Shown here: piece by piece, positions 37,456-50,119 of the stretch
Numbering within the stretch: position 1 is the stretch's first letter
How the letters are laid out: every line of letters starts with the position of its first letter
From: Laetmonice hystrix
Lineage: Eukaryota
Assembly (NCBI GenBank): GCA_965235115.1
Contig: OZ249438.1
Span: forward strand, 40,548,001 to 40,612,000
Direction: 5' to 3'
Length of the DNA: 64,000 nt
Notes under the pieces: model-generated
Told to the model about the DNA's origin: nothing
Databases searched by the model: none
The model's input: the letters and a program-made list of their open reading frames with translations, nothing else
Translations under genes and position numbers: made by a program

Positions 37456-38269
37456 AGTCTACGTCTACTCCAGGGGGCGGGTACCTGTCTACGTCTACGT
37501 CTACGTCTACTCCAGGGGGCGGGTACCTATCTACGTCTACTCCAGGGGCGGGTACCTGTCTACGTCTACGTCTACTCCAGGGGGCGGGTACCTGTCTACG
37601 TCTACGTCTACTCCAGGGGGCGGGTACCTGTCTACGTCTACTCCAGGGGGCGGGTACCTGTCTACGTCTACGTCTACTCCAGGGGGCGGGTACCTGTCTA
37701 CGTCTACTCCAGGGGGCGGGTACCTGTCTACGTCTACTCCAGGGGCGGGTACCTGTCTACGTCTACTCCAGGGGGCGGGTACCTGTCTACGTCTACTCCA
37801 GGGGGCCGGTACCTGTCTACGTCTACTCCAGGGGGCGGGTACCTGTCTACGTCTACTCCAGGGGGCGGGTACCTGTCTACGTCTACTCCAGGGGGCCGGT
37901 ACCTGTCTACGTCTACTCCAGGGGGCGGGTACCTGTCTACGTCTACTCCAGGGGGCCGGTACCTGTCTACGTCTACTCCAGGGGGCCGGTACCTGTCTAC
38001 GTCTACTCCAGGGGGCGGGTACCTGCTGTCTACGTCTACTCCAGGGGGCGGGTACCTGTCTACGTCTACTCCAGGGGGCGGGTACCTGTCTACGTCTACT
38101 CCAGGGGGCGGGTACCTGTCTACGTCTACTCCAGGGGGCGGGTACCTGTCTACGTCTACTCCAGGGGGCGGGTACCTGTCTACGTCTACTCCAGGGGGCG
38201 GGTACCTGTCTACGTCTACTCCAGGGGGCGGGTACCTGTCTACGTCTACTCCAGGGGGCGGGTACCTGT
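37456..38269. repeat. 30-bp G-rich minisatellite, about 26 copies, with CTACGT slippage at the 5' end
   Basis: Unit CTACGTCTACTCCAGGGGGCGGGTACCTGT; explains both 300-aa ORFs. Confidence 0.98.
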
Positions 38270-39447
38270 CACCATCTCACCTCGGAGGACCTGTTGACGG
38301 GGACGTGTTGACGGGGACATGTTCACGGGGACGTGTTCACGGTGTGTAAAGGAAAGTTTTGAAATGACGGAGAGTAACAGGAATACGTGAGAGATTTTGA
38401 AGACTGCCGTATGGAGGACTGACGTGGGATTGCTGAGGTCCGCCTTGATGTAGTGTACGGTGAGTAGGGACCACAAACTGACCCAGTGTTACGCGAGGAG
38501 AAGCAGGCGAGTGTTGTTTGGTTCTGTGTATAGTGAACCAGTTCTCGAGGAATCATATTGTAATCGGTTGTCAGTTTGAATTGTCCTAGAAGTAACGGGT
38601 CGCATGTGTTGGACTCACTCGGTAATATCGATAAGGCTAACCAAGGTGATCTCAACTCCCTACTCAGTACATGTGTATAGGTACACCCAAACATACTTAC
38701 CAACGTCTGGTGGTAAATATTGGTCAAGGTTTACACTGGTCTACTCTGTGAAAACACAGAGTAACTTTTGCTGGCAGTTAGTACTGGCAGGTTATGTAAC
38801 TGATACTGTTGTATAAGTTAGTACTGGCAGGTTATGTAACTGATACTGTTGTATAAATTACATGATGAAAGGTGTATGATTATGTAGCTTTCAGCTTTCA
38901 AAATACGTTACTCATTTGTTCTCGGAGTCGTAGACCTAGAAAAAAACTGAATCCCCCCTCCCCGGTCCAAGTCCGAGTGGTTCTGCTGCTCGGGTCTCGA
39001 TCTTGGCCAGCCTGGTGTGTACTGACAGCTTTGACCGTCATTGTTTTCTATCCACGAACTGAGGTACTCTTGGCACAGGTCCCCAGGGTTGTTGTGGCAG
39101 TAGTGCTCGTGACATGGCCGAGTGGTCGTTATGCATTGTCATAGGGACTAAACACAGTCTCATTGATTAGAGGAAGAAATACTGACTGGAGGGTCAGTCC
39201 ATGATAGGAGATCTGACGAGTTAAACTCCCCAGGTATTGGCCCAGTCATTGGTCCATGGTGTTGGTCAACAGGATACTTGACCCCACAACCGTCTGTAAA
39301 CACCTGAAAATTAACCAAACTGTCATCTGAGATAGACTTTGCCAAACCATGCCTGGATTTCCCTTTTTATCTAGATAAATATATTTGTATGTATATCTGT
39401 AGGGCTGGATCAGTATGCGAGGATAGAACCCCCTATCATTAATCTAT

Positions 39448-40172
39448 GTTAGAGACTGTGGGCTGAGACTGTGATATTATTGGTTGAGTAGGACATTACG
39501 CCCCAGTCCATCTGTTAGAGACTGTGGGCTGAGACGGTGATATTATTGGTTGAGTAGGACATTACGCCCCAGTCCACCTGTTAGAGACTGTGGGCTGACA
39601 GTCCACCTGTTAGAGACTGTGGGCTGAGACTGTGATATTATTGGTTGAGTAGGACATTACGCCCCAGTCCACCTGTTAGAGACTGTGGGCTGAGACGGTG
39701 ATATTATTGGTTGAGTAGGACATTACGCCCCAGTCCATCTGTTAGAGACTGTGGGCTGAGACGGTGATATTATTGGTTGAGTAGGACACTACGCCCCAGT
39801 CCACCTGTTAGAGACTGTGGGCTGAGACTGTGATATTATTGGTTGAGTAGGACGCCCCAGTCCACCTGTTAGAGACTGTGGGCTGAGACGGTGATATTAT
39901 TGGTTGAGTAGGACATTACGCCCCAGTCCACCTGTTAGAGACTGTGGGCTGAGACGGTGATATTATTGGTTGAGTAGGACATTACGCCCCAGTCCACCTG
40001 TTAGAGACTGTGGGCTGAGACGGTGATGTTATTGGTTGAGTAGGACATTACGCCCCAGTCCACCTGTTAGAGACTGTGGGCTGAGACGGTGATATTATTG
40101 GTTGAGTAGGACATTACGCCCCAGTCCACCTGTTAGACTTAGAGACTGTGGGCTGAGACGGTGATATTATTG
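39448..40172. repeat. 66-bp minisatellite, about 11 copies
   Basis: Unit CTGTTAGAGACTGTGGGCTGAGACGGTGATATTATTGGTTGAGTAGGACATTACGCCCCAGTCCAC. Confidence 0.97.
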
Positions 40173-40713
40173 GGACCCCCTAGTTCACCTATGGCCCAAT
40201 CATTGACTGCGTGCCGAGTGTGAGGAATGTGACGGTCCGCTTCCCGCCACTTCCTGGATTGTTTACCGGAATCTGTAATCAGCGTCTCCCGGCCAGGTAC
40301 ACGGCCAGGTACACGGCCAGGTACACGTACAGACACGGTCGGGCTGGGGTTTTCAAATAACGCCAGTCACTTACTCGAGTCGTAAAGATGCCACAGACTG
40401 ACTGGAATCGTAAATAGGTGTAGGGACATGAGGCTAACGTCAATATCTAGGACCGAGTCAATATTTGGCACCAGGTGCTCCCCCTACACTGTTATTATAT
40501 CTATGTGTGTATGTGTGCCAGGACTCCCGGGTTCCGAGGTGGTGGGGGGGGGGGGCAGTTTGAGGGCAATGGGCCTTTCAACCACCAGGGCGTTCCCAGT
40601 GACCGACGACACAGGACGAGAATTTCTGGGACATGAAAACGTTTTGTATGAGGCTGAGACTGAAAGAACTATGAACTGATATAGGCCAGAGTAAGCATCA
40701 CGGGAAGAGATAT

Positions 40714-41719
40714 AGGCTAGACATGAGACTGGTTGTAAGGGACACCAAAGATAAAGGCTAGACATGAGACTGGTTGTAAGGGATACCAAAGATAAAAGCT
40801 AGACATGAGACTGGTTGTAAGGGATACCAAAGATAAAGGCTAGACATGAGACTGGTTGTAAGGGACACCAAAGATAAAAGCTAAACATGAGACTGGTTGT
40901 AAGGGACACCAAAGATAAAGGCTAGACATGAGACTGGTTGTAAGGGACACCAAAGATAAAGGTTAGACATGAGACTGGTTGTAAGGGACACCAAAGATAA
41001 AAGCTAAACATGAGACTGGTTGTAAGGGACACCAAAGATAAAGGCTAGACATGAGACTGGTTGTAAGGGACACCAGAGATAAAGGCTAGACATGAGACTG
41101 GTTGTAAGGGACACCAGAGATAAAGGCTAGACATGAGACTGGTTGTAAGGGACACCAAGGATAAAGGCTAGACATGAGACTGGTTGTAAGGGACACCAAA
41201 GATAAAGGCTAGACATGAGACTGGTTGTAAGGGACACCAAAGATAAAAGCTAGACATGAGACTGGTTGTAAGGGATACCAAAGATAAAGGCTAGATATGA
41301 GACTGGTTGTAGTGGACACCAAAGATAAAGGCTAGACATGAGACTGGTTGTAAGGGACACCAAAGATAAAGGCTAGACATGAGACTGGTTGTAAGGGACA
41401 CCAAAGATAAAGGCTAGACATGAGACTGGTTGTAAGGGACACCAAAGATAAAGGCTAGACATGAGACTAGTTGTAAGGGACACCAAAGATAAAGGCTAGA
41501 CATGAGACTGGTTGTAAGGGACACCAAAGATAAAGGCTAGACATGAGACTGGTTGTAAGGGACACCAGAGATAAAGGCTAGACATGAGACTGGTTGTAAG
41601 GGACACCAAAGATAAAGGCTAGACATGAGACTGGTTGTAAGGGATACCAACGATAAAGGCTAGACATGAGACTGGTTGTAAGGGACACCAAAGATAAAGG
41701 CTAGATATGAGACTGGTTT
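40714..41719. repeat. 41-bp minisatellite, about 24 copies
   Basis: Unit GGCTAGACATGAGACTGGTTGTAAGGGACACCAAAGATAAA. Confidence 0.98.
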
Positions 41720-42723
41720 TATTGGACACTAAAGATAACGACATGTATAGTAAAGAAAAGTCCTTAGATGAGGAGAATTGATTGCTTTCAGCCGTCCGGT
41801 GGTTTAGATTGAGTACATTGGTAATCTGAAAGGACGTTATCGTTGAGAATCCAGTGGAAGAGCTAGACTTACTGGTACCCCGGTACATGTGAAATACTAC
41901 CGTGTTACATTTCCATAATGGATGGGTCGGTTACACGGATAGATGATACATAAAATTTGAAGTCAGTCGTACACAGTATGAATGCATTAGCATTTCCAAG
42001 GTATGCAAATAATTTGTAATTTAAAATTCTGATTGAAGTCAGGCTCAAAAAATATGACAAAGAATATTATTTGTAAATAGTTCCTCGTGCTTGTACACGT
42101 ACTTCCAGTGAGTCTCACAGTTGTGATAAATCTATTCCATGGTTAATTCATTTCTTGACTGTCGGAGCATTGCTTTCAGTCATTAAATTCTTTGATCTCT
42201 TCAATTTGATTTTTGAAAAGATTGCTCATGGAGTTTTTGTTGTTCTCCTTGGCTGGCTGCAGAGGTTGTTTACCGAGATTTACAGAGAAAAGTCGGGCAG
42301 CCAGTCGTTGGAAGCCTTATGAATGCAATCAGTGAGAAGTCACGGAGGACCCTGAAGTGGTCTAGAGTGGCGTGTCCGTGATTTTGATTGGTGGCTGCTA
42401 GTTGAGTGTGGAGACAGACCTAGCCATGTTTATCAAGCTGTCTGTACTTGGATGTAGTTCAGGGTTTGCTGCACACTAACCGACTCATGTACAGGCTCAA
42501 CTCGTCGGATTCCATCATTGTCACCACCTCATGTATTTATGTAGTCAGTTTTCGGAATCAAATTCTCAGGACTATCTTTGACATCTGGTTGGAGAGTTCC
42601 AGCTATGATAGAAGTCGTACATGGGAAACTCCAGTGTCAGATAGCTGGTGACTGGTCAACTTCTCCTGCAGTCGGTAAGCATCACCCCTGACATTTTAAA
42701 ATTCGCTGATATATCAGCATTGA

Positions 42724-43822
42724 TATTTAACCTCATGTTTGGTCCAAGGGACGAGGATATTTGACCTCATGATTGGTCCAAGGAACGAGAATATTTAACG
42801 TCATGATTGGTCCAAGGGACGAGGATATTTAACCTCATGATTGGTCCAAGGGACGAGGATATTTAACCGCATGATTGGTCCAAGGGACAAGGATATTTAA
42901 CCTCATGATTGGTCCAAGGGACGAGGATATTTAACCTGATTGGTCCAAGGGACAAGGATATTTAACCTCATGATTGGTCCAAGGGACAAGGATATTTAAC
43001 CTCATGATTGGTCCAAGGGACGAGGATATTTAACCTCATGATTGGTCCAAGGGACGAGGATATTTAACCTTATGATTGGTCCAAGAGACGAGGATATTTA
43101 ACCTCATGATTGGTCCAAGGGACGAGGATATTTAACCTCATGATTGGTCCAAGGGACGAAGATATTTAACCTCATGATTGGTCCAAGGGACGAGGATATT
43201 TAACCTCATGATTGGTCCGAGGGACGAGGATATTTAACCTCATGATTGGTCCACGGGACGAGGATATTTAACCTCATGATTGGTCCAAGGGACGAGGATA
43301 TATGATTGGTCCAAGGGACGAGGATATTTAACCTCATGATTGGTCCAAGGCACGAGGATATTTAACCTCATGATTGGTCCAAGAGACGAGGATATTTAAC
43401 CTCATGATTGGTCCAAGAGACGAGGATATTTAACCTCATGATTGGTCCAAGGGACGAGGATATTTAACCTCATGATTGGTCCAAGGCACGAGGATATTTA
43501 ACCTCATGATTGGTCCAAGAGACGAGGATATATGATTGGTCCAAGAGACGAGGATATTTAACCTCATGATTGGTCCAAGGGACGAGGATATTTTACCTCA
43601 TGATCGGTCCAAGGGACGAGGATATTTAACCTCATGATTGGTCCATGGGACCAGGGTATTTGACCTCATGATTGGTCCAAGGGGCGAGGATATTTAACCT
43701 GATTGGTCCAAGGGACGAGGATATTTAACCTCATGATTGGTCCAAGGGACGAGGATATTTAACCTCATGATGGGTCCAAGGGACGAGGATATTTAACCTC
43801 ATGATTGGTCCAAAGGACGAGG
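42724..43822. repeat. 34-bp minisatellite, about 32 copies
   Basis: Unit ATATTTAACCTCATGATTGGTCCAAGGGACGAGG. Confidence 0.98.
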
Positions 43823-44186
43823 TAATTCAAGAATTATTTGAACGGAAACCGGTAGTTTTATGGCGCATATATGAAGTGAATAATTTGTAAAATGTCTCAA
43901 TCCATTGTATACTAAATACATATAGACATGCTTACATTAATGGCTGATCTGATAAAATATCAGATAGTAAAGTGGATGTAAATGAATTCAATTCTGGAGC
44001 TGTCACTCAGTGCCATTATTACCGGCGCCCCTGAGGCCAGTCTAGGGTTGATTACTGACTTTGTGTCGGTCTCCGGTTGGCCGTGCAATCATTGACAGAC
44101 TTAATTCATAAAGTCAAAGTGGCGTGAAAGTGGAACAAGATGAACAACTAACCAACCCCCACGGGCATCCGTAGTATCGGTGGGAA

Positions 44187-44496
44187 GATCTGTGGTTTGA
44201 TGGTATTAGAAATAGTCGATCTGTGGTTTGATGGTATTAGAAATAGTCGATCTGTGGTTTGATGGTATTAGAAATAGTCGATCTGTGGTTTGATGGTATT
44301 AGAAATAGTCGATCTGTGGTTTGATGGTATTAGAAATAGTCGATCTGTGGTTTGATGGTATTAGAAATAGTCGATCTGTGGTTTGATGGTATTAGAAATA
44401 GTCGATCTGTGGTTTGATGGTATTAGAAATAGTCGATCTGTGGTTTGATGGTATTAGAAATAGTCGATCTGTGGTTTGATGGTATTAGAAATAGTC
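44187..44496. repeat. 31-bp minisatellite, 10 identical copies
   Basis: Unit GATCTGTGGTTTGATGGTATTAGAAATAGTC. Confidence 0.98.
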
Positions 44497-46464
44497 ATAC
44501 CATGACTTTTCAGTTTATTAATCTGGTTATGCTGCCATGGAAAGTTAGACACGATGGTTGTCTTCAGGGCTGCAGGTTCCCAGCCTGGCCGGCACAAAGC
44601 TGATTGGTCAGGCCAAGTGTCCTGTCAGTCCGAGTGAAAACTGTGTCATTGTGATTACCGTCATGACCTTGTATGACCTCTATTAATCTGATAAGGATGT
44701 CTCTGTGAGTTTTGTTAACATGCTGCTGCACTTCGGGTAAGAGTAGAATGTCTGTCTCTGACGCTAGTCTTCTCAGGTTTAGATTCTTTTCACAGGCTCG
44801 TCGCGATGCCCGCCTGGATTTTTGGAGGGTCATGGTTAGAGGTCAAGGTCTAAGGTCAGGGCAGAGATCATTAATCAAATTTGGGTCTCGGTGACCTTCT
44901 GAATGCGACAAAACTATATGGCACGGCCTAAAGGCATAAGAAAATGAGTCTTGCTAACAAAAGGCCAAGAGTTGCAGACGTTGGAAGAAGCATAGGAAGG
45001 TCTTGCCAACAGCAGAATGAGAGGCAGAGATCTTGCGGAGGCCGTTTCTCCCCCCCCCCCCCCTCCAAATCAGAGTCAGTGGTCCTTTAATGGGACCTGC
45101 AGCCCCACCTGGTGGTGTTCAAGGGACCAATCAGCAGATCTGACACTAAACGGTACCAGAGAGTCATTGAGAGATAAGAGGGCCCAGGAGGTACTTCTCT
45201 CAGCAATCCTGGCCGACCTTATCACCTCCGACTCATGTCTCCTGACGTAAGGCCCATCGAGTAGTTGATATCAGATCACAGATAGTTCCGACCTCCAGCC
45301 GCCAGACGTCGCTTTGGTCAGCAGAGGTCTGGTGATCAGCCGGCGTTCATTACGGTGACCCGGATGAGGAGGTTGATGTTGATTGGCCGCGTTGATTGAT
45401 TGATCTTGAACTAAGATATATTTGATGCTGACAAGGACCCATGGTGACGTGCCCCCACTGTGAGGTAATCGTTGAGTAACGAGGTGTGTTCAGTGTCAAG
45501 GACCACACGCCAGCGTATACATACAGCGTTCTTCTATTGCCTAGGAGATCCGTCAGCTGGGCTGCGATCGAGAAAATGTAGAGTGCTTTTCACCAAACTT
45601 AGGATCTTCCATCGAATCCATGTCGAAATTACTGCTGTCGTAATTAGGAGTTGTCTGCACCATTATCAGATTTTTTTTTATGAAATTCAGTCTAAACGGT
45701 GAGACTAATGAATGTACCATGCCTTACAAATGCTGACTTGAATAGCGGCCCGGGCAAGGTGAGGTTTGGTTTGAGCCGTGGTTATCGTTAGTGAGAACGA
45801 ATCTGACGAGGACGGGTCATAAAGAACCACGTAGTGTGTATTGTCACCTACAGATGGCGCCCGACACCACCCAGTGTGAGGGCGGCCGGATGGGGAACCC
45901 GTTACCATGACACCCGACCCATTCTACACCCCTCACCTTCCCTCAATGGGAGGGGTCACAGCGTGGGACACCCACCATCGGCCAGGTACCTGTAGGGTCA
46001 GGTGTAAACATACCCCACCCCACACAGACACCCCCTGAATGACGGCACTCACCCTGGGGGTAATTAAAGCAGTTTGTGATCCTGGCTGGGCCGTTGTACA
46101 GCTCAGCGGGGGTGGTCACGGCATAGTGTTCCTGTCAGTTGTCATGGCTATCAGTAACCCACACTAATTTGACCGTTCGCCAGGTTCCCAGGTCATTATG
46201 TAAGCAAAGTCTGAGAGGTTGGCGCTTCCCAGGCTGTTTTGCACAATGAGAGTGAAAGAATGTGCTCACAGTCACAGGACAGTTCAGTAGTACTTAGCAA
46301 AGCAGCACGTTGGCAACAGCTTTAAGTTGACTAAGGCAGAAGATAACAGCAACAAAAGAAAGAAAATTGTGCTAAAAGAGACATCGTGAGCCGATATCCA
46401 CATTAGATATCATGGAGTCGATGATGATCTTTGAGAGAAAATCCAATAAAGGTCCCTACAGTTC

Positions 46465-46515
46465 AGTGTCTCTCTCTCTCCCTCTGTCTCTCTGTCTCTG
46501 TCTCTGTCTCCGTGT
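46465..46515. repeat. (CT)n/(CTGTCT)n microsatellite
   Basis: Direct reading. Confidence 0.9.
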
Positions 46516-47040
46516 AAGGGAGTGACCAGTCCATAGAACACTGGAAATCATCGGACTTCTTCAGTTTCTAGATTTTGTTTTAGGATTTCTACAAATATTC
46601 TGTGTGTATAACTTATGCCCTGGTTGAGTCGTGCTGTGTGGTGTGTTGGCCAGTAGTTGTAGGTGGATACCAGGATAGTTAGAGATATAGTTATAGATAT
46701 TTTACCTCAACCACTAGTAAAATGTTAATGCCAGTGGTCTGATGTTACACATTCCTGATGCTGTGGATCCTGGACCGTTACCGTAGACTCGTGTCATGAT
46801 GTAGTGCCTATTGTGTTTACAATAAAGCATTATGAAGTGTGCGTGTGGAGTTGTGTCATACATGCCGGTCACATATAGAATCTTGAACGTCTGACTAACA
46901 AAGTTGTTATAATTGTAAATGTTTTCCAATTCAGTCCGTCAGAACGAAGTACCGGTACTCGAGCCAGATCTATCTAAGATTGTCGGTGTATATTCTGTGT
47001 GTGTATAACTTAGCGTGTATAAATTAATTTGTTTGTAATC

Positions 47041-47082
47041 GTTTTATAATTTCCGTATGATTTTCTGTACTTTCAGGTGAGT
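47041..47082 (+). other. Juxtaposed 3'/5' splice-site motif (candidate recursive splice site)
   Basis: gttttataatttccgtatgattttctgtactttcAG|GTGAGT: long pyrimidine tract and CAG immediately followed by a consensus donor; junction 47076/47077. Confidence 0.45.
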
Positions 47083-47435
47083 ATCTCATCTCAACACGTG
47101 GTGTTGATTGTGTGTGACCGATTGATTGGATTATACCTGGGAATTCCTGGAATTACTAGGATTTTACTGCGCAGACAAGGAGAAAATGGAGCCACCATTC
47201 AGATAAGTCAGAAATGAAAATCGTATTCTGTCTTCTTCCTGTTGTTCCGAATGTGGTTTGATCAAGGAAAGGGGGAAAAGGATGGCTGGGTCCCGGTGGC
47301 TGGAGATTGAGTAATGATTGAGTGGTTTTGCTCAATTAATGACTGAATTAAAACGTTGAAACCAGAACCAATGGATTGAATCGGAGATATCAGAGCCTGA
47401 GGATTCACTGATTTCAGAGCCAGAGACTTGGATAT

Positions 47436-47746
47436 CAGAGACTTGAACTATGTGGATTTACAAAATGATAGTCAGAGATTTGAACAATGTGGATTTACAA
47501 AATGATAGTCAGAAACTTGAACAATGGGGATTTACAAAATGATAGTCAGAGACTTGAACAATGGGGATTTACAAAATGATAGTCAGAGACTTGAACAATG
47601 GGGATTTACAAAATGATAGTTAGAGACTTGAACAATGGGGGTTTACAAAATGATAGTTAGAGACTTGAACCATGTGAATTTACAAAATGATAGTCAGAGA
47701 CTTGAACAATGGGGATTTACAAAATGATAGTTAGAGTCTTGAACCA
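47436..47746. repeat. 37-bp minisatellite, about 8 copies
   Basis: Unit AGAGACTTGAACAATGGGGATTTACAAAATGATAGTC. Confidence 0.96.
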
Positions 47747-48569
47747 AGTAAGAGCCACAACCTCCCCATATCAAAGACTTACGAATAATACATAATATCA
47801 CAGCTTACCAACATTTATGAGATTCGCTATTTCATGAAAAGCTGATCTAGCTCCACCTTGACCCAGCTGGACGGTAGCAGCTGTGTCGGTGTACACATGA
47901 AAGGAACACACCCACTGCTGCTCCTCCTGCCACACACCGCCCTCGGCCATGGAGAGAGACAGCTCTCAACGCACACTACCAGAGGGCGCCCCTGGGGGCC
48001 TAAAGTTCACTGGGAATTAAAAAGGGTCAAAGGGGAGGCGGGGGAGGGGGCCTAGACACGAGTTTTGTAAATTAAAAGATATATATATCTCAGATTGTAT
48101 TGTAGGTGATTGCTAGAACGAAAAAATAATAACTCTTTTACCGCATGATATACACCTCAGCCTGTCATAGCCAGGGAGTGTCTAGTCATGTAGGTGTTTG
48201 GGAAGAATGGCTGCCGGTCGGAAACTGGTCAGCAAGTATTCCATTCAGATTTTACGGATCCTATTTTACCTGGTTTATTGAAGGAACGTTTGTGAAAGGA
48301 ATGATACGTGAATAGTGACCGATATACCGCACCTTGGTTGGAGGGAGAGGGTTGTCTGGTACCATGTATGGCAGAATAAATAGGATTAAACGTGTGGGCG
48401 GGATGACGTGGGTCAACAGGGATCGAGAGACAAGGAATGGTGGGTTGAGATTACCATGTTGATCCGTTTACCTCCATTAACCAGGACCGATAGATTGGTT
48501 ACCCGTCTTATTCAGTCCGTGTCCGTGTGTCTCTGATTGAAACCGGTATGTTGATACTGAGCCACCGGC

Positions 48570-48720
48570 CCCGGGCCATTGCCCACCGGCGGCCCGCCCC
48601 CGGAGACCGGCCGGCCGGGTCCCGTCCCGTCGGTCGGTCAGTGACGGACTGACTGTACGGCTGAGGAACCCGTACAGCGGCCTGCTCAAACAGCGCCCGT
48701 GGCGCCACCTAGTATGCAGG
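48570..48720 (+). promoter_or_regulatory. CpG/GC-rich patch upstream of the 48866 exon; possible internal promoter or 5' UTR
   Basis: Very high GC and CpG density (CCGGCCCCGGGCC..CCGGCGGCCCGCCCCCGG). Composition only. Confidence 0.3.
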
Positions 48721-48865
48721 TCAGATCCTAGCCTGGCGTGGGTCTGTGCGGCAGTCGGCTGGGACTCAGCCAGAGGAGCGAGGTCAAGCGAGGTTGGCCT
48801 GAGCTCCGACCAGCGGGACTGAGCACAAGTTGAACGAGTGGAATTAGTGATTGATTAACACACAG

Positions 48866-48900
48866 GATCGATGAGGTATGAGGACATCGACAACATGATG
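48866..48900 (+). CDS. Putative ASPP linker exon, 35 nt ([G/R]SMRYEDIDNMM), with an internal in-frame ATG at 48871
   Basis: ttgattaacacacag|GATCGATGAGGTATGAGGACATCGACAACATGATG|gtgagt. Phase 1 to 0, the connector needed after exon 4067-4186 or the microexon. The acceptor resembles those of the confirmed exons (tgatt..cag). Confidence 0.55.
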
Positions 48901-49814
48901 GTGAGTGGTGTGATCATTGTACACCTCCAGGGTGTGCTACCTGTGTGTGTGTGGTAGAGGACCAGTGGTGGGACAGGACGGTAGTGTGGTGGAGGTAGGC
49001 GACCAGCGCTGGTGGGGCAGGACGGTAGTGTGGTAGGGACGGGGTACGAGACAGACGCCAAGCGTTTGGTGGGAGGTGGACGCTCCACTCTCCAGACAGA
49101 CGCCGGGGTGCCCTAATGAAGACGCTGTAAGCGTGGGAGGGGTGTGTGAGGTGGCCGGACAAACCGACAGACGAGGCGGGGACCGTGGGGTAGATACCCC
49201 CTTGTTGGGGTTCATACAGACTCTGTCAGTGGACTAGCCGTGAGAACCACGGAGAGCTGCCAGCGTTCGCTCACTGATTGCCATGGTGTTCGTACACCCT
49301 CAGTGTCCAGGTAGATACAGGTAGTCATCTATCTACCTGTCGGGATACCTGACAGCGGGATGGGCTCTACCACCAGCCAAGTCATGGTTTAATCCCCACA
49401 GATACACAAGCCTGGCCCCATGTGGGTAAGGGTTATTAGGGTTGGGGGGTGGTGGCGATAGTGTAGCCGCTGATGAATGAACTCTAAACATGCAACACTG
49501 GCGGCCAGTCGGGGACAGACCGGGTTTGAGATTGTGTAGCGGCAGGCGGCGTGCGCCAACATTCATTGTATGTCACGATGACCTACATATGTCAGATAGG
49601 GGTAGAGGTTTGGCCCACCACCCCGGCCCGCGGACCAGCCGACGGTCCGTGGGCCTTCAAAGGCTGGGGTTTCATGGCGGCCTGTGGCATCCATTGGCAT
49701 CTGTTACATGGACCCGCCATCATACATCACCCACCACCCACCCACCCCAACCCTGTCATTCAATATCCAGTAATCATCATTTGATACCAACCGTACGACC
49801 GCTATCTATCTGAC

Positions 49815-50119
49815 TCTCCGTGCACCTATACCAGCTGTGAACTCCGTGCACCTAGTATACCAGCTGTGAACTGCGTGCACCTATACCAGCTGTGAACTCC
49901 GTGCACCTAGTATACCAGCTGTGAACTCCGTGCACCTAGTATACCAGCTGTGAACTCCGTGCACCTAGTATACCAGCTGTGAACTCCGTGCACCTATACC
50001 AGCTGTGAACTCCATGCACCTATACCAGCTGTGAACTCCGTGCACCTAGTATACCAGCTGTGAACTCCGTGCACCTAGTATACCAGCTGTGAACTCCGTG
50101 CACCTATACCAGCTGTGAA
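49815..50119. repeat. 26/29-bp minisatellite, about 11 copies
   Basis: Unit ATACCAGCTGTGAACTCCGTGCACCT(AGT). Confidence 0.97.

Noticed and set aside
37392-38349. Two 300-aa repetitive ORFs (VPVYVYSRGR / STSTPGGGYL)
   Set aside because: A stop-free 30-bp repeat is open in several frames; the frame switches at indels; no splice support.
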